Origin: Candidatus Marinacidobacterales bacterium
Lineage (GTDB): Bacteria > Acidobacteriota > Vicinamibacteria > Marinacidobacterales > DATDRI01
Assembly (NCBI GenBank): GCA_965219415.1
Contig: CBDCNP010000002.1
Location: forward strand, 736,001 to 800,000
Direction: 5' to 3'
DNA length: 64,000 bases
The notes under the pieces were generated by a model. That model was not told the DNA's origin, ran no database searches, and was given only the letters and a program-made list of their open reading frames with translations. Position numbers and translations under genes: made by a program. Positions 1 to 11,027 of the stretch are shown here, in pieces; positions within the stretch are counted from its first letter, which is position 1, and every line of letters begins with the position of its first letter.

Positions 1-1924
1 AGAAATGTTGCGTCGGTGTCTCCGCAAAGTTGCGACGCGACGTCTCCAGCACATCGGAGATGCGCGGATCGAGATCGAAGAGAGTATTTCCGGTGCGCAC
101 GAGTCGGAGCTCGGTGCTGATGCCGAGCCACGACTGGGCCGTCGTGAGCGCATCGCTCTCTGGAGTCTGGTGGCTTTGCTTGCCGCCCTCGCTGGAAGCC
201 TAGCTATACGCTCCGTGATCCCGGAGTCGAAGCCAGTCGCCAGGTTGAGCATCCAACTACCCGAGTCCACGTCGTTTAGGAGCACTTCGCACCCCGATGT
301 CGCTATCTCCCCCGACGGCAGTCGCATCGCGTACGTCGCGATGAAAGATGGAAGGTCTCGACTCTTCTTCCGACCCATTGACCGCTACAAGACGATCGCC
401 CTCCCTGGAACGGAGGGCGGGAGGAATCCGTTCTTCTCCCCGGATGGTCTATCGCTCGGATTCTTCGCGGATGGAAAACTCAAAAAGGTAAACGTGCCTG
501 GTGGCGGAGCTCCCGTCACCTTGTGCGAAGCGATCGAAGGTTGGGGTGGAACCTGGGGTCAAGGCGGTACGATCGTGTTCACGCCACAGTGGCTGAGCGG
601 CATCGCGCGCGTCTCCAGTGCTGGCGGGACACCCGAAATAGTGCTCCCCGCCACGACCGAAACGCAAGCGGGATGGCCCTAGTTCTTGCCTGGTGACCAC
701 GCTATCCTCTTCACACTTTTTTCAGCTGCAAAATCGCATATCGCGGCGATGTCCCTCGATGACGGTGAGATCGTCAAGGTAGTCGAAGGCTCCTACGCCC
801 GATACGCAAATGGCTACATGGTTTATACGCACCAGGATTCGCTTTTCGCCCTGCCTTTCGATCCGGAGCGACTAAGAGTCAGGGGCGTGGCCGTTCCCCT
901 TCTTACCGATCTCCGGATCCACGCTTGGTCCGGCAGTAGCTTCGACGTGTCAGAGAGCGGCGCACTCGTCTACTTGCCTTCACGGAATGAGGCACACCGG
1001 ACCCGGTCCCTTCTCTTGATCGATCGCGACGGAAGCGTAGTGCCCCTAACCGACACCACCGAAGAGTATGGAATGCCGCGTTTCTCTCCAGACGGGAACC
1101 GGATCGCGTTTTGCGTTTCGAAAAACGGGTGGAGAGATATCCACGTGTTGGATATTGCCTCGAAAAACCCCTCCCGGTTGACTTTCAATCCCGGATGGTC
1201 CGACTACTGCCCGGCGTGGTCCCCGGACGGTAAGACGCTGGCATTCTTGTCCTTCGCTCCGGATGGTGGAGGAGGCATCTTCTCTCAGGCGGCAGACGGC
1301 AGCGACCGAGCTACGCGCGTCACGTCGACGGGGAGCTTACTACACCTAGACGAATCCCAAATGCCAGGCGATTGGGGTGGGCATCAGAATCTACTGGCCT
1401 TCGAACAGGACTTCCCCGACAACGCGGACATTTATGTGCTCTCCATGGACGGCGGGAGCGAACCGCGACCGTTCACAGAGACCCCTTCGGTCTGGGAATT
1501 CGGCCCCCGCTTGACCGCCGACGGCCGCTGGATCGCTCACCAATCCGACGAGACGGGGCACTCCGAGATCTTCGTGCAACCGTTTCCCAACGGTGAAGGC
1601 AAGTGGCAAGTCTCAGTGGGTGGAGGAAGCCATCCGGCCTGGCGAAGGGACGGAAGTGAGCTCTTCTACTTATCAGCCGAAGGCAAATTGACCGCCGTAG
1701 ACATTCGGACCCGGCCTCAGTTCTCGGCGGCCAAACCGCGTCTAGTGTTTGAAGAATTAGAAATAGTGAGAGCGTCCGGCTGGCGCGGCTTCGCTAACTA
1801 CGACGTGTCTCCGGACGGTCAATCCTTTGCCATCATAAGAAACACCGCGAAGCCGGGGCGGGAGATCCGTTTCGTGCAAAACTGGATCGAAGAAGTAAAA
1901 CGGCTCGTTCCAGTAGGCAATTAA
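1..1924 (+). pseudogene. Ser/Thr protein kinase (C-terminal end) - TM - PD40/TolB-like beta-propeller protein, 5'-partial, interrupted by in-frame TAG at 680-682
   Basis: LRRCL..RRLQHIGDARIEIEE kinase tail, TM helix, repeated SPDGxRIAY/PAWSPDG motifs; ORFs 5-682 and 686-1924 are in the same frame with WP*FLPG where WPQFLPDG is expected. Confidence 0.85.
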
Positions 1925-1934
1925 GGAGAGTTTC

Positions 1935-2819
1935 ATGAAACGTATCGTTCTCGGAGCACTGTTCTTGGTTCCCACCATGGCAACAGCCCAACCCAAGCTC
2001 AAGGTCCACATCTCCGCCGACATGGAAGGCGTCGTCGGGGCCGTGACGGCCCAGCAAATGGGCCCGCGAGGCTTCGAGTACGAGCAGTCTCGAGAGTTCA
2101 TGACCAAGGAAGTGCTGGCCGCCATCGCCGGGGCACGGGCCGCCGGGGCGACGGAGATCTTGGTCGCCGACTCGCACGGGAACGGCCAGAACCTCCTCAT
2201 GAAGGAGCTCCCCGAGGACATCCAACTGGTGCGTTCTTGGCCGCGTGCACTCGGCATGATGCAAGGTATCGACGAGACGTTCGATGCCGCGGTCTTCATC
2301 GGATACCACGCAAGCGCCTCGAACCCCAAAGGCGTCGCTGCACACACCTACACCGGTGTATGGACCGACGTAATGCTAAACGGGGTCTCGGTTCCCGAGG
2401 CCGCTCTCAACGCCGCCATCGCGGGTCACTTCGGCGTACCGGTGGTCATGATCTCGGGAGACGACGCGATCGTCGACGAAGCACACTCGCATCTCGGGAA
2501 CATCGAAGGCGCCATTGTGAAGTGGAACTACGGCGAGAGTGCGGCTCGCACGTTGATGCCCGAGGCCGCCTTCAAGCTCATCCGAACCCAAGTCGAGAGA
2601 GCGCTCGCCCGGATCGGAGACTTTAAACCCTACGTGCTCGAGAAACCCGTGCGCGTCGACATGAGTTTTTCGACCGCGCTACCCGCGGAGACCCTCGCCT
2701 TCCTTCCCTCCATCGAGCGAACCAGATCTCACAGCATCCGATTCGTCGCCGAAGACATGGTGGCGGTCGCCAAGTTCCTCGAGTTCGTGGCTCTTTACCG
2801 GCCCGAGTCGGTGTCGTGA
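1935..2819 (+). CDS. M55 family D-aminopeptidase (DppA-like), with signal peptide
   Basis: ISADMEGV, DSHG, IGYHA, AHT, GDD motifs; AGGAG RBS. Confidence 0.9.
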   Translation: MKRIVLGALFLVPTMATAQPKLKVHISADMEGVVGAVTAQQMGPRGFEYEQSREFMTKEVLAAIAGARAAGATEILVADSHGNGQNLLMKELPEDIQLVRSWPRALGMMQGIDETFDAAVFIGYHASASNPKGVAAHTYTGVWTDVMLNGVSVPEAALNAAIAGHFGVPVVMISGDDAIVDEAHSHLGNIEGAIVKWNYGESAARTLMPEAAFKLIRTQVERALARIGDFKPYVLEKPVRVDMSFSTALPAETLAFLPSIERTRSHSIRFVAEDMVAVAKFLEFVALYRPESVS

Positions 2820-2920
2820 ATAACCGGAAATAGAAGGACTTACGAGTCGGACGCACATTCTCGGAACAATGCGTCGTGTCGTGACGTATCCACTCTCGAG
2901 TTAGGGGACGAGCAAACGGG

Positions 2921-5370
2921 ATGATAGACGGTCTTCTCCAGGATTTGCGGTATGCTTTTCGGACCCTCGCCAAGAGCCCGGCGTTCGTCACGGTCGCCGT
3001 CCTGTCGCTCGCGCTCGGCATCGGTGCCAATACCGCCATCTTCAGCGTCATTAACGGTGTCTTGTTTAAGCCGATGCCGGTCCACAATCCAAACGAGTTA
3101 GTCGCGGTCTATGCCACCACTCCTCGATTGAACGTTCCCAGCCAGTTTTCCTTCCCAGATTACTTGGACTATCGCGAGCAGAACGATGTCTTCACCGATA
3201 TCTTCGCGCACTTCGGCGTGCCACTGAGCCTTACCGACGGTGACCAACCGGAGATGGTCTGGGGAGAGATCGTAACCGGGAACTACTTCATCGGGCTCGG
3301 AGCGGAGCCCGTCGTGGGCCGCACGCTCATTCCGGAAGACGATCGGACGCCGGGAGGCCACCCCGTCGCCGTCCTTCGACACGGCTACTGGGAACGCCGT
3401 TTTGGCGCCGATCCATCCGTCGTCGGCCGCATCGTCAAACTGAACGGACACGAGTTCACACTGGTGGGTGTCGCGCCTAAGGGATTCACCGGCACGAAGT
3501 TTCTCGGTTACACTCCCGATCTGTGGGTTCCGGTGACGATGCACGAGCAAGTATGGCCGGGAAGCGATGGCCTACTCGACAAGCGCGGCGCTAACTGGCT
3601 CCAGTTTCGCGCGCGGCTGAAGCCGGGTGTAACGCTCGAAGAAGCGAAGACCGCGATGAACACCATCGCCCCGACGCCTGGAAGTTTCCTACCCGGAGAC
3701 CAACCGCGAGTTCGAAATGCACGTCATTCCCGGCAGTACGAAGACCGAGCCGTTCATCGAGCACAAGGGGTTCATGCCCGTCGCCTCCACGGTTCTGATG
3801 GGGATCGTGGCGCTCGTCCTGCTCGTAGCTTGCGCGAACCTGGCGAACCTTCTGCTCGCTCGGGCCCTCTCGCGAAGCAAAGAGATTGCCGTCCGCCTGG
3901 CGATGGGCGCGGGCCGACTGCGTCTCGCGCGGCAGCTCATCATCGAGAGTCTTTTTCTCTCGCTTCTCGGCGGTTCGGTGGAACTCCTCTTGGGGCTTTG
4001 GTTCCTCGACGTGATGGTATTTCAGCCGATCATGGACTTTCCCATCGATTACGATTTGAGCCTCGACGGGCGCGTCCTCGCTTTCACCCTGCTCATCTCA
4101 CTGATCACCGGAACCTTGTTCGGCTTGGCCCCCGCACTACATGCATCCAGGCCGGACCTGGTCCCCGCCCTCCGAGGAGAGAGCCTCGCCGACGTGGCGG
4201 TCGGACGTCGCTTCTCGGGCCGAAGCCTTCTGGTCGCATCGCAGGTGGCGGTGTCGTTGGTGCTCTTGGTCGCCGCCGGACTCTTCCTGCGTAGCTTCGA
4301 GAACGCAACGGAGATCGATCCCGGTTTCGACACCGAGAACCGTCTGCTGCTCTCGGTCAATCTGGGACTTCAGGGCTATGGCGAGCCCGAAGGCAGAACC
4401 TTCTACCGGCAGGCCCTCGAGCGCCTCGAATCGACTCCCGGAGTGCGGTCCGCGAGTCTTGGTCGGCCACTTCCCCTGGATGCCTCCAGTAACGCCACCG
4501 ATGTGGTTATCGATGAGCTTTATCGCAAAGCGGGAGAAGACGAGTTCCCCATCTTCTATTCTATTGTCGGCTCTGGCTACTTCGAGACGATGGGCACCGA
4601 GGTCCTGAGCGGACGTGGCTTCAACGAACAAGACACCGAGTCGTCTCCCAGAGTTGTGATCATCAACGAGACCATGGCGCGCCGGTTCTGGCGGGACGAA
4701 AACGCCATCGGCAAGCGATTCGGTGTCTGGGGGGCCGACGGTGAGCACGTAGAGGTGGTGGGCGTAGCCAAAGACGGGAGATACATGACGGTGGGTGAAG
4801 ATCCCCAACCCTTCTTGTTCCTGCCGTTCGAGCAGAACTACCGCTCTGAGATGACCTTCTTGCTCCAAACGGAAGCCAACCCGCAACACCTGGTAACGAG
4901 AGCGCGGAAGGAGATCCAAGCGCTCGACGCGGAGCTGCCGATCTTCGGCATCAAGTCAATGGGCGAGTATATGAGCCGACACTATGTCGGACCCGAGGCG
5001 ATCGCTTCCCTGGCGGGCGTGTTCGGATTCGTAGCGTTGCTGCTTGCGTCGGTCGGCATTTACGGCGTCATGAGCTACGCCGTCGTCCAGAGAACGCGAG
5101 AGATCGGAATCCGAATGGCCCTAGGCGCAAGGCAGCTCGACGTGGTCGGCCTAGTCGTAAAACAGGGGTTCATCATCATTCTCACCGGCGTCGTCGTCGG
5201 TGTCGCGGCCGCCATGGCGTCGACACGGGCTATGACGAGCCTCCTATACGACGTGAGCGGGAACGATCCCGGAATCTTCCTGACCGTCTGCGTGGTTCTC
5301 GCATCGGTGGCATTGCTCGCTAGTCTGATACCCGCCCGTCGCGCCGCGCGGGTCGACCCCCTGATCGCCC
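2921..5370 (+). pseudogene. ADOP/MacB-FtsX type ABC permease, frameshifted near 3670, last codons lost or fused
   Basis: LLQDLRYAFRTL, LALGIGANTAIFS, ACANLANLLLAR, RTREIGIRMALGA, PARRAARVDP; extra C in the CCCC run at ~3669-3672; no stop after VDPLIA. Confidence 0.85.
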
Positions 5371-5443
5371 AAGTACCAGTGAGCCAGCGCTCTACCCAAC
5401 ACCCGCTCCGAGCTTGCCTCACCCTTGTGGCGTCCAGTACCAT

Positions 5444-6576
5444 GTCCAGCGAGACGGTGTCCCCCGAGGGTGGTGAGATCCTCAAAGACGTCAACGGTAA
5501 TCCAACCGGCGTGCTATTGAATCGGGCGCGCGCGCTTTTGGAAAACGCGATCCCGGAGTCCAAACAAGAGCAGCTCGAGGCGCAGATCATTTCCGGTCTG
5601 GAGCAAATGGCGTCCTCCGGCTTCGTCATGGTGCACGAGGCCGGAACCGACAGAGCCACCACCGCCGCGTACGAGAATCTCGCCAGACGATACCAGCTTC
5701 CAATCCGCGTATCGGCCATGCTGTCCAGTCGCGACCCGAAGTTTCTGAGCACGTGGCTGAAGTAAGGTCCGGTAACCCTGAGGGGTGAAAGGTTTTTCGT
5801 GCGGACGGTCAAGGGTTACTACGATGAGGTGTTCGGCTCTCGCGGCGCTCTCCTTCTGGAGGGATACTCCGACCACCCGGACCACCAAGGGATCGGAGGC
5901 GCGGATTACGGCTTCGACGAGACGATGATGGCCACGGTGATGCGGGCCGGTTTCCAACTCGCCATCCACGCCATCGGCGATGCGGGAAACTGCGAGACGC
6001 TCAACTTCTTCGAATGGGCTCTCGAGGAGAATCCCGGCGCGAAGGAGCTCCGGCATCGCATCGAGCACGCCCAAGTGATCCAGCCTGACGACTTCCACCG
6101 GTTCGCGGAGATCGGAGTCATCGCCTCGATGCAACCACCCCACGCCGTCGAGGACAAAGGCTGGGCCGAGGAGCGACTCGGTCCCGAACGCATCGAAGGA
6201 GCTTACGCGTGGAGAACGCTTCGGCAATAATGGCGTGCCGCTGGTACTGAGCTCCGACCTTCCGGGTTCCGATCACAGTATTTTCTATGGTCTGCACGCT
6301 GCCATCACACGACAAGGCAAGAACCTCAAGCCACCCGGGGGGTGGTACGCCGAGCAGCGACTCACTCCCGAGGAGGCCCTGCGCGGTTATACCAGCTGGG
6401 CCGCTAGATCCGCTCTACTCGAGCTCACGACCGGAACTCTCGCTCCCGGCAACTGGGCCGATGTTACGGTCATGGACATCGATCCTCTCGTCGTCGGTTC
6501 GAAAGAACCCGAGAAACTCCTCGAGGGCGAGATTCTGATCACCATCGTGGGCGGCCAACCCGCCTTCATGCGCTGA
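5444..6576 (+). pseudogene. Amidohydrolase 3 (YtcJ-like), C-terminal two-thirds only; in-frame TAA at 5763 and frameshift at ~6228
   Basis: PEGGEILKD..GNPTG, AIHAIGD, RHRIEHAQ, ASMQPPH, SSDLP, GTLAPG..AD motifs; N-terminal HxH part absent. Confidence 0.85.
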
Positions 6577-6584
6577 TCGCCGGT

Positions 6585-6815
6585 CTACGCGCGGTCGATG
6601 GCCATGGCGTAGTAGACGCGCGCCCGCTGAACACGAATCCGTCGTAGGTCATCAAGGCTACCGAGACCGCGGCCATCGAACCCGTTTGGATGCCCGACCG
6701 CGGCAAGAACGTTTGCGTGGACGATGAAGCCCGCCGAGGCGAGAGTAGTCCCGACGTTGATGAGGAGGGCGTCGACGAGGTTGAACTCTCTTTGTAAGCC
6801 GCTGTCACCGGCCAT
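6585..6815 (-). pseudogene. APC-family amino acid permease remnant (N-terminus joined to an internal segment)
   Basis: LQREFNLVDALLINVGTTLASAGF resembles APC TM1; ARVYYAMAID resembles the conserved R.xYAMA.D segment several hundred residues later. Confidence 0.6.
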
Positions 6816-6839
6816 TCGGTTGAGTTGGCCCGGCGTTCG

Positions 6840-7739
6840 TTACTCAGCGTCGCGCAAGAGGGGACGCGTCAAACAAGTAGGGCCGCCTCCTCCATTTTGG
6901 CTGATCTCCGTTCCGTAGAACGTCCTGACGTCGAAGCCTTCCTGACGCAGCCGGATATTCGTCTTCTCGTTTTCTTCGAGTGCGAGCAATTTACCATCAC
7001 CCAGAGCGAGGACATTGCAGGCCATGGTCTCCCGTTCCGACGGATAGATCTCGATCAGCTTGAAATCGAAATGACGTAAGAGCTGTACAGTCTGGACCGC
7101 GAGCCACGGAAGGTCGACGAGCGCGGTTCGCACGTCCACGATGCTGAGGAGAGACATGAGATGGAGGCAAACCGACGGACCGGGCCCGTGAGGAAGCGGC
7201 GCCACAAAGACATCCACACCGTGCGGCTCCAAGAACGCACGTAGCTGATCGATGCCGGAATCGTTGGTGCGGTAGCCGTGCCCAACCAGTAACGTGTTGG
7301 CATCCAACCAAACGATGTCTCCCGATTCCGCCGTTCCAGGGGAGCGGATTTCCCCGAGCATCGGAATCCCTTGCGATTCATAGAACTGCGCGTGAAGAGC
7401 GGGCTCTCCGCGCCGCGCCGGTTTGCCCATGTGCATACCGAGCGCACCGAAGTCGGTCACGAGAGATGCATCGTGGACATACACCGCGTCCAGCGATAGA
7501 TCCTCTCCCGGTGGCAGCAATAGCACTTCCGCACCGGCAGCCTCCAGCTCGCGGCGCAAGTCGGCGTGCTGAGCCTCGGCGGTGGTGAAGTTGGGTTCCC
7601 GATAGTAGCTCAACTCCCGCCATCGCCCCGTCTGCTCGGCATCCACCCATCCCGAAGCCTTGGGGGGACAGATCATCACCCGGCGAAGACCACCGGCCAT
7701 GGAATGACCGCCGTAGTTCCTCCCCCCGTTTCCCTTCAA
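6840..7739 (-). CDS. Amidinotransferase/pentein family (DDAH / arginine deiminase-like)
   Basis: DAVYVHD, RRGE, ESGD, GYRTN, LHLMS, GGGGPTCLTRPL (catalytic Cys). Confidence 0.9.
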   Translation of the reverse strand: MKGNGGRNYGGHSMAGGLRRVMICPPKASGWVDAEQTGRWRELSYYREPNFTTAEAQHADLRRELEAAGAEVLLLPPGEDLSLDAVYVHDASLVTDFGALGMHMGKPARRGEPALHAQFYESQGIPMLGEIRSPGTAESGDIVWLDANTLLVGHGYRTNDSGIDQLRAFLEPHGVDVFVAPLPHGPGPSVCLHLMSLLSIVDVRTALVDLPWLAVQTVQLLRHFDFKLIEIYPSERETMACNVLALGDGKLLALEENEKTNIRLRQEGFDVRTFYGTEISQNGGGGPTCLTRPLLRDAE

Positions 7740-7920
7740 GCTGCTACCTTGCTGGAGATGAGCGTCGCGAGAATCGGTGCCGCCAAGAGGAGATCGTCGA
7801 TGGCGGCCCGTTCGTTCGCCGCGTGGGCCAATTGCACGTCTCTCGGACCGTATAGCACCGCAAGCACTCTTGCATACCGGCTGAGGAGCCGCAAATCCGT
7901 TCCGTAGGGAACGCCGGGGG
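7736..7920 (-). pseudogene. C-terminal fragment of an M20 ArgE/DapE-family deacylase
   Basis: Frame not in the ORF track reads GVPYGTDLRLLSRYARVLAVLYGPRDVQLAHAANERAAIDDL...VAA*; its stop overlaps the start of the amidinotransferase. Confidence 0.7.
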
Positions 7921-7921
7921 G

Positions 7922-8896
7922 CTAGAGTGGAAGTGCTTTGCCAACACCTTGTTCGATCGCCTCGCTGTAAATCAGAATCGCAGTGGCCATATCATCAAGT
8001 GCCAGTCCAAGATTCATACAGATGATCCGTTCATCATCGGACTCGCGGCCGCTTTTTTTCCCGGCGACGATCTCACCGAGATCGGCATAGGGTTCCGGCG
8101 TCTCACGGAAGTATCCTTCCTGCCGGTAATATCGCATTTGGGAAATGTCATCCGTCGCCAGTTTGTCCGCTGCTCTCAGCGCGTTCCCTTGCCAATAAGA
8201 ATCGAAATCAAGTGGGCAGGCAAAGGCTCCTCTCGCCAACCACCCCGGCTCGATGGCAGGCACCGGGTCTCTGAGAATCGGACCACTCGTGACAACGATG
8301 TCCATATCTTGAACGGCTTCTCGGGCGGTCGCGACGGAAACCACATCGACGCCCGTCCTCTCCTGCATTTCCTTCGCGAAACGCTCGGAGATCTCGGGAA
8401 CGATGTCGTAGGCCTTGGCCTGTTGGAGCTGGTACAGGCCGGAAAGCGCTTCGAGGTTGCTCCATCCCTGAACCCCGCACGCAATGATCCCGACACGATG
8501 GCTGTCCTTGCGGGCCAGGTGCTTCCCTGCGATGACCGTCGTACCGCCAGTCCGCATGGCGGTGATCCAGGTACAATCCATGACCGCGATCGGAATACCG
8601 GTGTCTGGATCGTTTAGAATCAAGAGGCCGGAGACGTACGGAAGACCTTTCTTCTGGTTTTCCGGATAGCCGGAGACCCACTTCACCCCGCTCGCCCCGA
8701 GAAAAGGAATGTAGGCCGGCATGGCATGCGTAAAGGCGTTGGGACGCGTGTGGATGCCGGGCTTGGGGGGCATTTCGACTCTCCCCTCCCCCTTTTCCCG
8801 AAACATGTGCTCGAGATTCTCGATGATCGAAGACAGAGGGATCGCAAGGGCTTCAATGTCTTGCCGGGAAAGATAGAGGAATTCGCCCGGTTTCAT
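7922..8896 (-). CDS. Ornithine cyclodeaminase / mu-crystallin family protein
   Basis: MPPK, HAMPAY, GVKWVSGYP.N, ITAMRTG, GLALDD. Confidence 0.9.
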   Translation of the reverse strand: MKPGEFLYLSRQDIEALAIPLSSIIENLEHMFREKGEGRVEMPPKPGIHTRPNAFTHAMPAYIPFLGASGVKWVSGYPENQKKGLPYVSGLLILNDPDTGIPIAVMDCTWITAMRTGGTTVIAGKHLARKDSHRVGIIACGVQGWSNLEALSGLYQLQQAKAYDIVPEISERFAKEMQERTGVDVVSVATAREAVQDMDIVVTSGPILRDPVPAIEPGWLARGAFACPLDFDSYWQGNALRAADKLATDDISQMRYYRQEGYFRETPEPYADLGEIVAGKKSGRESDDERIICMNLGLALDDMATAILIYSEAIEQGVGKALPL

Positions 8897-9025
8897 CGGC
8901 TAAGCGTAACCGCAACTCGACGCGGGACGCCAATAGAAGAAGCAGTGACGGAGCCCATTGGGGGCGACGAATAGCCGCCAGTTGTTTTGTGGGGAACGGA
9001 CTACGAAGTCCTTACACGGATCGAC

Positions 9026-9400
9026 CTAGAATCCGCGCTTGCGGCGACGGATCCCTCGGCGACTACCCTTGTTCTTGAATGGCTTTCCTCCATCGAACGG
9101 AGGAGCCCAACCTCCATCACCGCCCCCGCCGCGAGGTGCGAAGGAACGAGCCGGCTTCGCCTGAGCCTCGTTGACCCGAAGGGGCCGACCGGCCAGCTCC
9201 GTGCCGTCCAACGCCTGGATCGCTTTGGCGGCGTGTTCCTCGGACTCGAACTCTACGAAGGCGAACCCACGCATCCGGCCCGTCATCTTGTCGAGGGGCA
9301 TGAAGACATCCTGTACCGGACCGATGGCACCGAAGGCCTCTTGGATTTGTTCTTTAGTAATATCGAAACTCAAGTTACCGGCAAATACTTTGCGGGAAAT
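9026..9400 (-). CDS. RRM (RNP-1) RNA-binding protein with Gly/Arg-rich tail; probable ATT start
   Basis: RNP2 VFAGNL, RNP1 RGFAFVEF, GRPLRVNEA; AAGGAGG 5 nt upstream of in-frame ATT at 9400. Confidence 0.85.
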   Translation of the reverse strand: MSRKVFAGNLSFDITKEQIQEAFGAIGPVQDVFMPLDKMTGRMRGFAFVEFESEEHAAKAIQALDGTELAGRPLRVNEAQAKPARSFAPRGGGGDGGWAPPFDGGKPFKNKGSRRGIRRRKRGF

Positions 9401-9601
9401 GACATCCTCCTTTTTGTTCGTCCCACGCATAGCCCACGTGCGGACGTGGTTGATTGGGTGACTAAGACCCCCCGAAGAGATGCTTCGATTGGAGCGTTAC
9501 GACGCTTGGACCGTTCACGCGTGTCGTGTCTTCAATTGCAGGGATTGCAGGGATACGGGCAGTTCTAGGCTCTGGGTGGAGGGAATATCACGCACTCGGT
9601 A

Positions 9602-9631
9602 ATTATACTCGTCGAATCGCCGCGACCGCAA
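9602..9631 (-). promoter_or_regulatory. Putative sigma70 promoter of the RRM gene
   Basis: TTGCGG-N18-TATAAT, giving a ~190-nt leader. Confidence 0.55.
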
Positions 9632-9730
9632 ATGCCTCGCGGTTCCGCCGAGCCGAGAACGCGTTTCGGCCGGTTTGCCCGCCGTTTCAGTGCCCAGCGG
9701 GCGGCTCTCGGAAGGCGGTTCGCGCACGGC

Positions 9731-9985
9731 AATCGTGCCCCGCACCGCGGACACCTTCACGTCTCCGCCCTGACCGGCCAGTTTCTTGTGCAGCCCGAAG
9801 AGGGTCCGAAGCCCGTGTAGGGAAACATAGTTGAGCTTGGTGCAATCGACGATGATCTTGGCCGCGCCGGCTTCGATGATCTTCTCCAATTCTCCGACAA
9901 ATTGGCCTGCCGTCCCCTTGTCCAAGCCGCCATCAGCGCTCAGAATGAGGGCATCCTCATCGACCTTCTTGTAGTAAAACTCCAT
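9731..9985 (-). pseudogene. STAS-domain anti-sigma factor antagonist, 3'-truncated
   Basis: GGLD..TA, KIIVDCTKLNYVS..GLRTL..LHKKL...GG.VK; similarity ends at ~9730 and the ORF runs on into intergenic DNA. Confidence 0.7.
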
Positions 9986-10129
9986 CTTTACACGCTCTTA
10001 GAAATGCCAGGGATTGGCCGTGCTATTCGCTTTGGGGGGTGGGTCGCAAGTCTTTGTTCCCTCTCGGAGGGTTGGGCGTCAAAGAATGGCGGGCCGCCGT
10101 CAACGTGGCCAGACGCTGGGTGAGGGCCC

Positions 10130-10780
10130 CTACCGGTACGGGATGCGGACCGGCATCTCCCTCACCGGCACCAATTCCTTCATGTCGGGCTCGTCCTTCA
10201 TCTCTTCCGCCCGCCCCGCATACCACTTGCTAGCCGGCCAAGCGGTTAGGCCGTGGGCAAAGACGCTCATGAACACCGTCACGATGATAATGGTGAAGAT
10301 TTCCTCGCGACTTCGTATATCGGCCCGGCCCAAAACCAACAACGCGAACAAGATCGAGGCAAGCCCCCGTGGCCCGAACCAGCCGAGAAAAATGACCGTG
10401 TCCGGTTGAAAGCCACCGCGGATTAGACTGAGCGCAACCGGGATCATTCTTATGACTTATGACCGTCAAACTCAGGACGCCATAGATGACCACCCTCCAG
10501 TTGAGGTGGTCTACCGCTGGCCAGACCAAGGCGGCCCCGAAGATCATGAAGGTCAGGAGGGCGAGCAGCTGCCCTTCCGTTTCCGCGAAATCATAGAGGC
10601 ACTGGCAAATCGCCCGCGACGTGTTTCCAAGGGTGAGCCCCGCGCAGAAGGCGGAGATGAACCCGTTGCCTCCTACCGCTTCCGCCACGAAGAAGGCGAG
10701 GAACGAAATCGCCAACGCGGCCAGTTGTTGAAAGCTGTGGTTCATCCACCGGGAGCGGGTGCCGAGTTGCACCAACTTGC
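10130..10780 (-). pseudogene. CPA1/NhaP cation:proton antiporter, C-terminal part, frameshift at ~10450
   Basis: [34 protein letters not shown]; 5' half missing. Confidence 0.8.
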
Positions 10781-10975
10781 TTCCAATTCATCCAGGATCC
10801 GCTCGACTACGAGACGCGAACGCACCACTCCAACATCGACGTCTACGACCATTTGGAGATTAGCGATCTCATGCAAGCGGCGGCCATCCTCGCTTCGTTC
10901 GTCTACCACGCCGCGAATCGAGAAGAGATGCTACCTAGGGAACCGTTGCCGAAGGCTTTGTCGGTAAACCCCTAA
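10781..10975 (+). pseudogene. C-terminal fragment of an M28-family peptidase
   Basis: [25 protein letters not shown]...[25 protein letters not shown]; no start codon. Confidence 0.75.
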
Positions 10976-11027
10976 CCGCCTCATGGTAGCCGGCCGAGGG
11001 CTGGAGGTCGGGTGGCCGACTAGAGGA

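Noticed and set aside
680-682. In-frame TAG as pyrrolysine or stop-codon recoding
   Set aside because: Many intact genes here end in TAG, other in-frame stops are TAA, and CAG>TAG at a conserved Gln explains it
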